A stretch of DNA of 64,000 bases from contig CM120648.1 in NCBI GenBank assembly GCA_051362555.1, positions 17,852,587-17,916,586 of the forward strand. Direction: 5' to 3'. Every line of letters starts with the position of its first letter. Position 1 is the stretch's first letter. This document shows positions 45,952 through 59,406 of the stretch, in pieces. The notes beneath the pieces were generated by a model, which worked only from the letters and a program-made list of their open reading frames with translations, searched no databases and was not told the DNA's origin. Made by a program: the position numbers and the translations under genes. The stretch comes from Lingula anatina (taxonomy: Eukaryota; Animalia; Brachiopoda).

Positions 45952-47090
45952 CGAAGTTTCCGCGGCTCTGTGGTAACTCCGCTGACTTGGACACAGCTGG
46001 ACACTCCTACGCGGTTTCGACTTCTAGAACGTCTATTTTTGTTGCTAGAAATCACTTCTAAAAATTGGTCTAATTACTATCAGTGGAAACTCGTGGTGGG
46101 CGAGTCACTACCGGCCCAATCGGTAACGTGCACGGCTTCAAAGAAACCAAATCCAACATCTACCATGGTAACGGAGAGCCACGAGTTCGAGCCCCGGATG
46201 ACGCATTTAACCTCTCCACAGATACGAGCCATTGTTTCATCCAAGCGCACATTTTGTTGTTTTTAATACCCTCCCTTCTATGGCCTTGCTTACTAAAACT
46301 GTTCATATGGTCTTACAGTACCCTGGGCCGTATTTCAAAACCGCATTTCAATTTGGTTTACACCAGCTTTAACATGTATGAACCTTTTCGTAATGGTTCT
46401 CTCTTGTTAGGGGCTCTGTTGAAGCCAAAACCGTCCAATTGTGCTCTTTAACGTCATAGGTGATACCTACAGTGCAGCCGGAAAGAAACCTTACTTACTC
46501 TGCGGGTCCCTGCGGGTTGTTCATACGGCCTGGCGCGGTAACAATGGAAAGAGCATTGTCATCCATGCGCTGTTTGATTTCTGTTAATAATAGTACCATG
46601 CCCTGCCCCGTAGGATAATTATCGTGTCTAAACCTCAGCTCAAAACAAGTCATAGTAAAAAGGAATCTATTTAGGAAAGTTCCATGTCGGCTTCTCACAC
46701 AAGGCCTCGTGTACATCAAAAACTTCCACGTTCAATGACAAGACAATGTTCAGGTACTGGTGTTGAGTGGGATGAAATACATTTGCACGACTCAAAGGTA
46801 ATCGACTGTAATTGTAGACATACATGTGCATCCAAATCGGCCCTCTCCGTGAGAAGGTTATAAGTTTGCATTTGATTTCAAACCTGCCGAAGAAACTTCC
46901 GCGGTTCTGTGGTAACTCCGCCGACTTGGGCACAGCTAGACACATCTACGCAGGTTCGAATTCTCGAACGTCAGATATAATTTTTGTTCCTAGAAATTAT
47001 TTCTAAAAAATTTTGTTTGATTTTGTACTATAAGAGGAAAATCGTACCTACAGAGGGTGGGCGGGTCACTCACGGCGCAATCGGTAATGT
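45952..47090 (+). repeat. Two diverged ~180-bp direct repeats (45952-46130 and 46892-47090)
   Basis: CCGCGG.TCTGTGGTAACTCCGC.GACTTGG.CACAGCT.GACAC...GGTGGGCG.GTCACT...CAATCGGTAA in both. Confidence 0.8.
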
Positions 47091-47300
47091 TGACTTTTCG
47101 ACTCATACTTTCTTCATTAAATGATTCATATAATGGTTTTCAAAAGACGGCGGTTTGTCTCTCACGCGTATTTCATACGACAACCGACCGTTAACTGTTT
47201 TCCTTTCACCTTGGTTTCACCATTTCATTCATCTTCAAACTGCCTCCACACCGTTCGCCAAAAAGTTAATCCACATCCAATAAAAGTTACGTAGCTTATG

Positions 47301-47553
47301 GGACCATTCCCAGAGCTTATCATACTACCTTTGGATCGATCTATCTCCAAGGGGATTCTAACCAAATTGCTATCAAATTAAGCGGCTTAGATGTCTTGCA
47401 CCCACACTAATGATGTTATAGGGTAATTAACAATCGTTTAGCGGCTTCAGTAGACGTGCCAAGCATCTAAGACGTTTAAGCTAAAAGCGATTTAGCGAGA
47501 AACCCCTTGGAGATCCATCATATTAGATCGATCTAGGCATAGGAACCCAGTCT
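47301..47553. mobile_element. Palindromic MITE, family A, abutting the WSC-exon acceptor
   Basis: Aligns end to end with 11243-11489 (ACCATTCCCAGA...GGAACCCAGTCT). Confidence 0.72.
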
Positions 47554-47565
47554 TTATATTCACAG

Positions 47566-48023
47566 GTTATGTACAGTGTGGTTGCTGGGCCGACGAGAAA
47601 AACCAAGCAGTTCCTACTTTAGAAAAGCAAGATCACAGGCTAGACGGGGAATACAAAGAAAGAGTGAACCCAATAAAGAAATGCCACCAAGCTGCCAAGA
47701 GCCGTGGGTTCCGGTATTTTGTCGTTCAAGACGGTGGATGGTGTGGGTCCTCCAGTAACGCAGGGCAGACATATATGAAATACGGGCCTTCTACCAATTG
47801 CCAATCAGACGGAAAGGGTGGACCCAACGCCAACGAAGTGTACGAGATACTGGACGGTAGGTGTTTATGATAGTATATTAATGAAAATATCTTGGGTAGA
47901 TATTGGCCATTGGTATTGATTTGAAAAAAAGTCTCGTATATAGTCTAGTTGTTTTTTTAAATATATTTTGAAATTGAAAATGAAACATTATAAACGAAAA
48001 TGGACGTTAGGCCTTTATATAGC

Positions 48024-48076
<53 letters not shown>

Positions 48077-49379
48077 TATTTTTCACTGGGCGCTTTCAAC
48101 ACTTTTTTCTTATTCAATTAACAGCGACTAAAATTCTGAAAAAAGAATAAAGTTAAAGATAAATTTTTTGTGTATTTCCTTTAAATTATCTTTTGGTGTG
48201 TATTTGTAAGGAGGCATTGGTAAAAAATAAACGGGTTATTGTTTTGTTACCAGTGGTTGCATAAGTGGAACTATATTTATTTTTGTCGATCTGGTTTACG
48301 ATTGTCCATTCAAAATTCGTATGTTTCTAGTTATAAGTGATAAGTTATAAAAGCAGTGGCGGATTCCCCTGACCCCCATCTTTCGATTTCTGGTGCAATT
48401 AGAAATTTGACAAGTAGAATCATAGTTCTAGGCTGTGCCAAATGGCACCGTTCGCCCTCTCAAATACCAAATAATTTTCGAGGCCCTACAACAGTCCCCG
48501 AACGCCACCCCAAGTTGGGGGGGGGGGGCTGTGCATACGCCCCTCCCCCTTCAAATAATCCTGGATCCGCCCCTGCTGGAGCCCCCTTCGATTTCTGAAA
48601 ATAAATCTTACAAATGGTCCCCTCTTGATATTAGAATTTGACTAGTTGAATCATAGTTCTAAACAGCACCAAATGACACCGTTAGCCCTCTAAAATACCA
48701 ACTTTTTCCGGGGCCCTCGAACACGAAGAAGGCAATAGTTGCATCGTGAGTGCAAAGTTAAAGCGGATTTTTAGACGGCATGGTTAGATTATATTTTTAT
48801 TCTTTTGGAATTTTAAACAGACAACAGGCCTACTTGTAGAAATACTGGGTATATGATGTGAAAACGTGTCACGAAGATTGAAGTTGCAATATTGTGTTTA
48901 TTATCAGTCAACTTGTTTTTATAATAACTTGCTGCATCGATCGACAGCGCAACAAAGAACGAAAAAAAATCACGCGAGGCTGAAAATCGTTGTCATGTGC
49001 AATTTTTGCATGTTTGCAATCTGATATGCCCATTGTTTTTCTCAAATAAAATAATTTGAAGAATTGATGTTCTCAAAATGTACGATATTTGGACAGCAGC
49101 ATCTAACGTAAACGGGGAGAAAGTCGCAGGAGATTAAAAGAAGTAAAGAGGGAAATGGAGAACCAACTGGACAGAAGTGAATATATAATATGAACGGACA
49201 TAAAGGTCTTGTTGTTGCTACCTCGTGGAACTACTAAAGTAGAAGTCAATGCCATCGCCACAAGTATGCGTTTTTTAAAAACTTTATAAGAGTACCACCG
49301 GTGAATGTATCCTTGGAAGAAATATAACTAAAACATACACGACAAAGATAGTTTTCAAATTCAGAGTAAAAACGTTGAC

Positions 49380-49410
<31 letters not shown>

Positions 49411-51685
49411 TTTGCGTGTTTCAGGAACAAATACTACCAGTATATGTTCCTCTTTGGCAAGCACCGACCGCACCACTAGTGAAGTCACAAGCACTTCAAA
49501 AATGTCCAGTGTCAATGACACTACGCCGCATGTCACCATAACAACGGCCAGCCAAACCACACCCACTGTCACCGGATCCACGCCTCCCATCAACAAAACC
49601 ACGCCCACAGTCGAAAAAACTACGCTGAATATCACCAAAACCATAACAACGGCCAGCGAAACCACACCCACTGTCACCGGATCCACGCCTCCCATCAACA
49701 AAACCACGCCCACAGTCGAAAAAACTACGCTGAATGTCACCAAAACCATAACAACGGCCAGCGAAACCACACCCCCTGTCACCGGAACCACGACTCCTAT
49801 CAACAAAACCACGCCCACAGTCGACAAAACTACGCTGAATGTCACCAAAACCATAACAACGGCCAGCAAAACCACACCCCCTGTCACTGGAACCACGCCT
49901 CCTATCAACGAAACCACACCATCAGTCGAAGAAACCACATCGCCTGCCAACAAAGCCATTTCTACGTTAGCAGCAACTAGATTAAGCTTCGATAACTCTA
50001 CGCCCTCCGACTATGAAACCACGACAACCGCCGTTGAAACCACTTCAGCCTTTACAGAATTCACGCCCAATGTCTCTGTGGCCAGCTGCGCCTTGCCTTT
50101 TGCAGTTGACTCTCTGTCTGACCTAAACATGTCTGAGGCTTCTTTAGTGGACACAGTCTCTTTCGGTGTACTGGGTAACAATCTCATGTTCAATGTTAAC
50201 GCCACTGTGATGACCCGGTGCAAGAACGGCTACAGGTTTAGCGATAAAACCAGAACAAAGGTGTTGACCTGTTCTCAGAACGGCACGTGGAGACCGGATA
50301 CTTGTCAATGTAATTATGCCACATATTTCATCAACATGATGTTTCAGCAAGATGCTGGAATTAAGAAGGGTGTATCTAAAGCATCATTTATGACGATAGA
50401 TATGTGTCCTAAATCAAGAATTCAAATCTACAAAAGCAATACAAGTACTTTGATTACAAAAGTATTAGTCAAAATTATCTTTCAATCGATCAAGTATTGG
50501 TTTTAAATGTTAAATTATCTTTATAGTGGTCATCTGCCCGACTGATCAGTTGCTGAACTCTTCAAGCGTGGAGGTAGAAACCTACAATAGCACAAGCTAC
50601 ATGTATGGCACCAAGATTCGGTACTGGTGCAGGGCCAACAAAGTTTTTCCCACGGGGGACCGCCAGCGGATAGCCACGTGTTATGGTCACGGCCAATGGG
50701 AGCCTGAGTTGATGGAGTGTTACAGTTAAGTAACGCTTACAATTTAGCAATTAAAATGTGTGCCCGTGTTATTGTAATTGCGGGATCATTGATAATAATA
50801 ACGAGAGCGCAGACCTCCGCCAAGCAGCAAAGTCTCCACCCAATGCCGTTTCGCCCCTAAATATTCATTCTTATTGATAATTGATCGATTATTGATTGAT
50901 TATTGATCCGGATCACCTTCAAAAACTAATCATCTGTTCCTTGGCCCACTTCTGACAGTTCCTGAAAATTTCATCAAAATCAGTCCATAACTTTTTGAGT
51001 TATGTTGATGACAGACAGACAGACAGATAGACAAACAAAAAAACAGACAGGGGTGAAAACATGACCTCCTTGGCGGAGGTAATTATGATCTGCATCCTGT
51101 GCTTGTGTTTTAAGCGATACATCTCTATAAACCTTCAAACTGTTTCCAAAATATTTAAATCAATTTACTTTAAAATTAATTTTTACTTAGTGCACCTTAA
51201 TTCTAATTTTACAGTAGTTCAGTATTGAATTTATTTTCACTTTTTTGTTGTTCACAGACCAGTCCGAGGTGAAGAACGCATTTGCCATGCCAAAGTCCTC
51301 GAGGAAAACTACCCCACCAAAAGAGTCACCACAGGGACCGTTTTACGGTATCACAGGTATTTTGATTTTGCTATGTCTCACCGGAAGCATCGTGGTATCA
51401 GATTGCTTATCTTTTGATCGACACACCAGACCTATGCGAAGAAACCTAAAATGTCTCTGGAAAAGGCGTCCACGACTAAATCGCAACGCCGTGTACGCTG
51501 CTACGTGGACCGAGGAGAAAGTGATTGAAAAAGGCGCAAGTAAAGTGAGCGAAGGGACTGATAAAGCAAAGCTTAGAAAGGGAAGTGGTGAAAGGAGAAG
51601 AGGAAGAACTGGAACCGGAATGGGAGTTGAAGGTGAGACTGCTGGGAGTGCTTGCGGGGAAACGTACTCTCTGCCCGGGCCATAG
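47566..51685 (+). CDS. Single-pass membrane glycoprotein: WSC-like domain, Thr/Pro-rich mucin stalk, two sushi/CCP-like domains, TM, cytoplasmic tail (5' exons not resolved)
   Basis: Phase-1 exons 47566-47856 (YVQCGCWAD...KCHQAAKSRGFRYFVVQDGGWC...GKGGPNANEVY), 49425-50309 (mucin repeats; RCKNGYRF...LTCSQNGTW), 50527-50724 (ICP...YGTKIRYWC...ATCYGHGQWEPELMEC) and 51258-51685 (TM GITGILILLCLTGSIVVSD, stop). All GT-AG and in frame. Confidence 0.8.
48354..48575. mobile_element. GC-rich TIR MITE (CAGTGGCGGATT...GGATCCGCCCCTG)
   Basis: Short TIRs; inverted homolog at 53097-53340; a partial repeat of the interior follows at about 48580-48720. Confidence 0.65.
49535..49940 (+). repeat. 105-bp (35-aa) coding tandem repeat, about 3.8 copies
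   Basis: TITTASETTPTVTGSTPPINKTTPTVEKTTLNVTK repeated; two N-x-T sequons per unit. Confidence 0.92.
50797..51083 (-). mobile_element. Short Helentron-type (HINE/DINE-like) element with (GACA)n
   Basis: Subterminal IR ACCTCCGCCAAG (50813-50824) / CTTGGCGGAGGT (51069-51080); terminal hairpin ACCTCC-ttggc-GGAGGT; GACA microsatellite at about 51009-51050. Confidence 0.72.
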
Positions 51686-53096
51686 GAGTCTGCAGATTCA
51701 GATTTCTTTACTGATATTCACCTCCACAGAGAAAATAAGACACAATACCATAAATTGATAAATGACGCTGGATCAGCTGGACCAAATAAAAGAGAGCATT
51801 TTATAAATCTTTGTTTTAATTGCAATTAACTCTGACGATTTATTCATAGCAGGGGGCTATTTACTTAGTCAGTGTCCAAGTATATTGACTGTAGGTGGTG
51901 ACCACTTATATGTAGGTACAAGAGGAGGCCTATACTCTCTGGTTCCTAACTGCCGTACATGTACGGGTATTTATTTGGACAAATAATCCACACTGTACGG
52001 ACTTATTCAAGATTGTACTCTTCTTAAATATCCGAATTTCCCCAGATCTGTTCGTGCACCACATACGTATTATGATTCATTTAAGACTCAAGCGTAATCC
52101 AGCATGGGGACGCCCTGTATTTACTTAAGATTATGGCAGCAGAACGCAATCACACCCAGTCGCACTCTTACACGTGATAAGATTTCTTGTTCTTTATTGG
52201 CTAACAAATTTCCACTCTGTATGTTTATTCGGGACCATACTATTAATAGATTCTGAGCATTTTTCCACCATGTACTACTATTCCAAACCATATGTCAATT
52301 AGAACCCAAAGAGTAGGCAGTGTTGAAAATATACGGGAAATAGCGCCTGTGGTGTGAGCAAACAATGTAAATGTGCGATCGAGTTAATTTATCAAATAAT
52401 GTATTGAGTTCTTTCTTTTACGACTTGACTGTAAATACTCGTCGACTAAATGTGATATAGTCAAATGCACATTTAAGAAAGATTTATTATACACTTTATT
52501 GACTGCCTGATCTTTTTAGTGAATTGTAATTTATACACTCCATGGGTTCGAAAATTTCCCCAAATGCTTATTTTTTGCAATCCTCGGCTTTCTTATAAAT
52601 CCTCACGTATACCTTAAAAACCATTTAATCCCTCACATATTTTTCTGGAAGGTACTTGATGTTGATATTTACATAGGAAGATGGTCGCTGGTTTAATGAC
52701 TGGCAAGTTATTTTAAACTAAATCGACCTTTATAAATTAATTAAGGGTCAAATCCAAGTGCAGAGAGCGAAATATTAATAATTGGTGAGTAAAATATTTT
52801 TTATTTTCCTTTGAAAATCCATTTCGGAGAGGAAATCCCGTGGAATGTCCCTTTTATATAAAGTGCTTTAACTGCAGAAACTATAGCCATTTGAATGTGA
52901 GGGTTGGTTTGATTGTCTGGAAGTAGGGAAGTTGTTGGATACCGGTAAATGTCATTGATATTAGTCTGTAACAGTATGTTCTAAAATGAAACTGGTAGCA
53001 GCAAGATTGTTGAAAAATTCACAATGCCCGGAATATATTGTTCGGGGCATAATGTCAAATTAAGAAGGCATGGGGGAGGTTGGGGCGGATGCAAGG

Positions 53097-53340
53097 CAGG
53101 GACAGATCCAGGATTATTCGAAGGGATGGGCCCCACTGGGGGTCCGCGGATGCGAAGCCGACCCCCCCCCCCCCCCCACAACACCCCGACTTGGCGTGGG
53201 GTTCGGGGCCCGATGCGCGAAATGCCATCTGGTACGGTTTAGAACTATGTTTCAGCTAGGCAAAAATCTAATTTCAAGAGGGGACCAGAAATCGAAGGGG
53301 GGGTCAGGACCCCCCTGACCCCCCTCTAAATCCGCCACTG
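53097..53340. mobile_element. GC-rich TIR MITE with 5-bp TSD (hAT5-like)
   Basis: CAGGGACAGATCC / AATCCGCCACTG ends, flanked by CAAGG on both sides. Confidence 0.68.
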
Positions 53341-55079
53341 CAAGGGTGGGCTTAGTTGACTGGTGTCATTGGATAGGGTTGAGACCAGAGTGAGACAAAG
53401 ACACCAAAAAGATAATATAAATAATAAATGAATAAAATAATAGATCGTCATGTTTAATTGTATTTATGATACCGTTCCTTTCTATGTTTAATATAGTTTA
53501 TTCTTGCATGTACGTTTTAAATATCACATTTAATATCATGTCATTTGAATATATTATTTGTACTGTGGTGTTGTGAATCAAGAGTCCTTTAGAAAACAAG
53601 CAGCTACCTGCCTACAATGTGTCAGAATTCATGTACATTTGTATTTCATGGTTTTGGTATCCCAGAAATCAGAAACGTGTATTGTACATGCGTAAGACCA
53701 AGTGTTATTTAATGTGAGGTTGTATGTTAGCTTTGCGTATGGGACAAAAATAAGCTCGCGTGTTGACTATTACTCTTTTAAAACACATGTCACTTGTCTT
53801 AGGGTTGGCTTTAACTTAAACGTCTCTGTGAATATCCAAGTCAATAACTTTCAAACTGCTAGTAGCTTAAAACCATTTTCTTAATAAATTCATTCTTAAT
53901 AAATGTATTCCTGTACAAATATCTTTGTGTCATTTACAAATATCTTTGTGTTGGACTGTCCCAACTTTATAATGACGTGTTAGTGGTTCTTACACAAAAA
54001 AAAAAAAAAAAAAAAAAAAAAACAGGAATCGCCGCTAATCGAGAAACCTCTGGGTGACGGCGCGTTAGTGCAAGAAGGTCGCAAATACCTTAAGTTAAAG
54101 ACGCCAAAGTTGTAGAACAGTGTCATTTGTAGAATAACGAATATATTGACATATACTTTGAGCGTTTGCAGTTGTAACTTTATACAAATTTATCAATAAA
54201 ACATTCCGATTGATCCATTGCAGGCGTGATGTTTTACAGTAACAGAACGTGTTTGCAAGTGGTCATCAGATGGTCGTCCACCTCGGGTTAGAAAAAAAAG
54301 TCTTTCAGAAAACTTGCACATGAATCTTCCTCCATGAAGCTTCATATTCTTGTAATTCATGATTCTCGACCTCGACACTGGTGGTGGGGGTGGTGGTGGT
54401 GGGGGGGGGGGGGCATGGGGGGGATGGGGGGGGGGGGTCTTAGTAAGAGCTCTCCAACGCAATCATAGTAAGTGACAAAACATTTAGTTCGTTAAATTTA
54501 CCTAACATCAACCAGCAATTTACATGAAAAAATTGTAGCTGTACATTTGAATTAAAATTGTGAAAATATCATCTTAATATATCCTTGTCTTATCGCAAGG
54601 TGGTCACAGTTTCAATGAAAAAAAACCCTATCTACAGTATGTCAGACCTCAAAAACCGATTCTTGCCGTATGTGACTTGGAGCCGCGGATTTGTGAAAGC
54701 GCTTTAAAAAAGATTTTCACGAATGAAGAAGAATAAAAAAAACCTCATTTACAAGTCACGGGAAGGACATTACGGATCACGCAAAATAATTTGAGCGCGT
54801 CATGCATTTCGGGAAATAAAAAAAAAGAGTTTAATGGTAACGAAATGGGTAACCAAAATGCCCGATAGGGGTCTCTTTATAAGAAAGTTTATAAACCTCC
54901 ATAGCTTACGTACTTAAGTTTTTGAATCATGAGACTTTGTGACATTCCCTGAGTGTTGTACACATGGGTGCTGTGAAAGAGTCCTTAAATCTAATATTTA
55001 TCATAGCCTGTGTATGTGCATTCTTTTGTGACGTACCATTAAGATATAGGAGGAAAAAGAGCACAATGATGTCGCTGTT

Positions 55080-55249
55080 CAGGTCCGTAGCCAGCAATTT
55101 CACAAGTTTTTTTTTTTTTTTTTTTGCAAAGTGAACCTTTTTCCATAAAAACTTCATGTACCTAGATCAAATTTTACCCAGAGTGGACCTTTTCCACGCA
55201 AAAGCGGCGGTTCTTTCGAACCCCCCGAACCCCCCTGGCTACGGGCCTG
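55080..55249. mobile_element. TIR MITE with 5-bp TSD (hAT5-like); relatives at about 29160-29333 and 31842-31950
   Basis: CAGGTCCGTAGCCAG / CTGGCTACGGGCCTG TIRs, flanked by CTGTT on both sides. Confidence 0.75.
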
Positions 55250-56212
55250 CTGTTTGTAATGTTTCAATCAATTCACTACAGTGTGTGAAAATGTGTTCAA
55301 ATTTTTTTTCACCCTGGGTTTCCGAGGTCACTGAAGGCTGAGTTCTTATAAAGGCATGCTAACAGGTATTACAGGTGCGGTCCCAGTAACCTAGCAAACT
55401 CAGGGTAACGTCGTGCTTGTAGAGCAAGAAGGCCGCAAATGCATTAAGTTTAAGTTGTCAAATTTCAAAGGTCACTGGGAATTCACCTCTCTACTACCAG
55501 CATTGCCATATGTTTTTCCAACATCTGTTGAGGTTATATAAAGGTGAATTACCAGGGTCCTTTGTAATTCAGGGTGACTGACAGGTATTGGTATATCTCC
55601 TGGGATATCTGATAAACAAACAACTGACATCTCCTGAATAGCCCGTTGAACAACGCTTTTTAATACGCTGAAGAAAGACAATGGGGAATGTAAACACATT
55701 ACTAATGATAAGTACTCCTTTCAGTCAATGATGAACAGGGCGCACCACGACTAAAAGTGGAATCAGAAATGGATAAGAGCTAAATAAACTCAAATGTTTG
55801 TCTTGTTTGAGGCAACGCGGTGTGTAATAATTACATCATTGTAACAATGACAATTAAAACTCCCAGTAGATAAGTGCAAGATAGTTTGTCCGTTATTGAA
55901 ATATTGATTGTTGTTACTAAAACATGTGGTAGATGTAGGCGAACTAAGCTCCAGATGAAAGATACTTTTTACACTCAAAGCATGCACTCGTATATCTTTT
56001 TGAAGAGATTGTGATATCAAGCTTTTTTTGTAGTGAAATAAAAGGTTGTTCAAATGCAACCATGGCGCGTTTTGTTGTATATTGGTCTATATATGGTGTC
56101 ATGAAGTGATATACGCCTTTGCAAATGTCAGAAAATAATGTACAATATTTTGATATGACAATATCTACATTGTTGTACTTCATACATTAGCGGTTTATTT
56201 TAAATGTGCATG

Positions 56213-59200
56213 TTATATTTTTCTGGAGTTTGCGCCTTGTATTTTCCTCCGCGGTGTATACTGATAACCAACCGGTGGCGGGAGAACGGGAAGAGTGCCA
56301 TAATTATTTTGTCGTCTGCTCGCAAGCCTCGGTTTGGTTTTCCCGAGAAACGGCATGAGTTCAGGTTCCATTTCCGGTTCCGGTGAGGTCAGAAAGGGGG
56401 AAGAGTCTGTAATGTCATGCTCGGGTTCCGACTCCGACGCTCCTATCGATCCCCTTCCTGAAGTACCTGTAGAATCCCAGTTGTCTTTGTCTGACGTGTC
56501 AGACGCTTTCCTGTCGGGTCCAAAATCTGAATTTTGTAGAAAAGTTTCTGTGCTCTCTCTGTCACTGTTTGTGAAGGCTGACAAATCAGAAGGTTTTGCC
56601 TTTCGGAGGGGAGTCTCCGTGAAACAGCAGAATAGTCGGTTTCGTATCGGTGCAGTCATGATGCAGAAGAATACACAGTTGGTTAGACCCTGCGCGTTGT
56701 CTCCAATGGCCTAAATAAACGACATTTGGATAAACTTTAGGTAGGTGAAAAAACGGATGGCGTATGAGAAAGTTAACAAATCGGAGTTAGTAGAAGTTAA
56801 GCAAGGCTAAAATCAAAATTGTTCTTTCCATATAGAGTTACCTCCTCCCCCCCTCTCTCTCTCTTTCTCTCTCTCTCTCCCTGACCCGCCTTTCCACCGT
56901 GTCTCCTTACCTGTAAGTACAGCAACACAACATTCGCTTGACACAGCGCGGAGAATGTCTGACACAGGTGCATGTTTGGGATCCCAGTGTTAAAGACGTT
57001 CAGGAAGAACCGGATGGTCCCCCAGATGCGAAGCGCTATGAAGGAGATTGGGACGCACCCTAGCATCCGGTTTGCCTTACGGATGGCCTCCAATGCATCG
57101 GCGTCTATGTACACTTGATGCACTTGGAAAATCTGAATGTCAAAATGAATAAGAAAATTAGTGGCTAGGTCTTAATTGCCAATATAAATATGGTAAATAT
57201 GGTAGGAATCAATCTTCAAGTCCACTTTGATCCAGGTAAGGCTAATTCAGTAGCGGTTCATTGAAATGAAGTTTGGCGTCTGTTTTGAGCTATAAGCACA
57301 TGGCTGGTGTGTCAGACCATTACTTCACGTGGATCGGTGTAGATTTATCTTGAACTATAGTGGTCCAACATTTTGGACTAAAAGGTGTGACCAATTTTAG
57401 GGCTAAAGCTATTTTGAACCACAAAGTAGTCCTGTAAACTAGTGCCTGAATTTCATATTTTAACAAATTGAAGTTTTGTGGGACAGTAAAAATGACAGGC
57501 AAATTCAAAGGTAGTGGATCATTATTTTTATTTTTATTTTTGCATTTTCGTGCCTATCATACCAAATACTGTATGTTTACGAAACCAGCAGGGATATCCA
57601 AATAATCATTGTAATTTATAATACTGAACATTAGATATTTACATTACAATATCATACGCCCCGATAGGTTCACTGATATTATTATTATCCAGAATGATAA
57701 CGGCAGATACATGTAGCGGCAGTGGTATTTTGATACATATCTGGTATCAGTTGTAAACACTGAACACGTGCCCGCTGACAACCCAAATCAGGACAGATAA
57801 ATGGAAAACTTCCGTTCAGCAAACTGGCAAAACTGCAGCTGAGCAACAACTGAATAACTTAAAATCGAAATGAACGATGACGTTAACATAAATAGCAGAA
57901 TTTCGTAATGAGGATGCAAAGTTGGACCCTTTTAGTAAAATAGGAAACCGCTAATTTTATCGTGAAATCGGGTAAAAAAACTGATTCATAGCAGATGTTT
58001 TATTAATACTGTATATTCTTTTTACCGTTCTTTTTATCTTCAACTTAATCTTCACATAGATGACACAGATGCAGATGATTGACAGAATCTCCCAGGCTTT
58101 CCCCGTGAGAAACATCAGGGCAACCCGCAGAGCCTTGGCATTGGGCTCCTCTTGCATCCCGCAGGCCTGTATCCAGCACCACCCAGCGGTCGTTTGAAAC
58201 CTCGTTTCGCCAAGTAACCCGAATGCCAGAGGCAAAGTCACCAATGCCACTGGGAAGAATGCAAATGAGAAAATATATAATACATTTTCAATATCGTTGA
58301 TAAAGAATAATATTTTCAAAATGACGGTACCGCATGTAATGGCCTAAAATAGTTTTACCTCGTGATATTGCTTTTCATACTTCCCGTATCATACATGGAA
58401 ATCATAAAAACCAAGTTCTTGCAAAACCAGTCATGCTATTTTTATGTATTTCTATATTTTCTCTCCTAAACAAACAAGTGTAAGCTGACCAAATTTACTA
58501 GAATACAATTTAAATGGCAGCGTTTATTTTATCGTTAGATGGCCAACGACGTAGCGTGTGGCCAACGACGTGCTGTTAGAGTGGAAGGCATATTTTCTGC
58601 CAACAAAACTTGGTGAATCTTCATCAAGAAACTTACGACTGGAGATTGATTTTTACTTCTTGATTAAGAAAAAAAAAAAAGATCTTTGATTAAGGGTAAA
58701 TATGCAGTTGATCAAAAGAACGAAGTAAAATCAAGCTAACATTTTAGCCACTTCTCTGTTGTAATAAAAAATACACATTTTAAGAGATTACTGCATATTT
58801 ATTTTGGGTTAAAATAAACAAAAATCTAAAAAAAAATCCTAGGACAGGATTTTTCTTTGAACGCCTACCCAATAGCATGCTTTGAACATGTAAACAGGCC
58901 AACTTGGACTTACCCGGCGCTCCCCACACCACACAATGTAAAGTAAACCACTGTCGGCTGTCCAAGACGTACTCCCCCTTCAAGATGGTTCTCTGCACAC
59001 TCCAGGCTATCACTAAGTTCCACATAAACGACGAAAGACACGATGACGTCGAGATGAACGCCTGAACAACGCAGATTTTCTCCGGGGACAGACACTGAGT
59101 TGGAATGTCGTGCAGATAGTTATACCACGTGTAGGTCGTCCCTGTTAAATTTCCCGCTACCGTAAACAGGTCAGCTATAGTGAGGTAAACTAACAATCTT

Positions 59201-59406
59201 CGATTCGTTGATCTAATGTCGCTAAAGAAAAAGTACGTGCCGATAATGATTGCGCAGCCTATGACAGAGAGAATGGCTGTCACTGCCGTGATGGCTGAAA
59301 TAGAAAATATGTCTACGAAGCCTACGTCAGTAGCGTTGCGTATTGGGGGTGAAATGGTCATGTGGACCAAAAACGATCCCACGCGATGTCCGTTTTCACT
59401 ATACAT
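56213..59406 (-). CDS. GPR157: GPR157-like (cAMP-receptor-like) seven-TM GPCR, 4 coding exons, about 478 aa
   Basis: Exons 59406-58914 (LSVIGCAIIIGTY..DIRSTNRRLLVYLTIADL..CVVQAFIST..SSFMWNLVIA..HCVVWGAP), 58249-58026 (AGWCWI..GKAWEI), 57132-56911 (PISFIALRIWGTIRF) and 56710-56213 (AIGDNAQGLTNCVFF, Ser-rich tail). GT-AG, total 1437 nt in frame. The start could be the later Met (MTISPP). It may be a paralog rather than the strict ortholog. Confidence 0.88.

Noticed and set aside
49399-49959. 186-aa hydrophobic ORF on the minus strand
   Set aside because: Antisense shadow of the Thr/Pro-rich mucin repeat.
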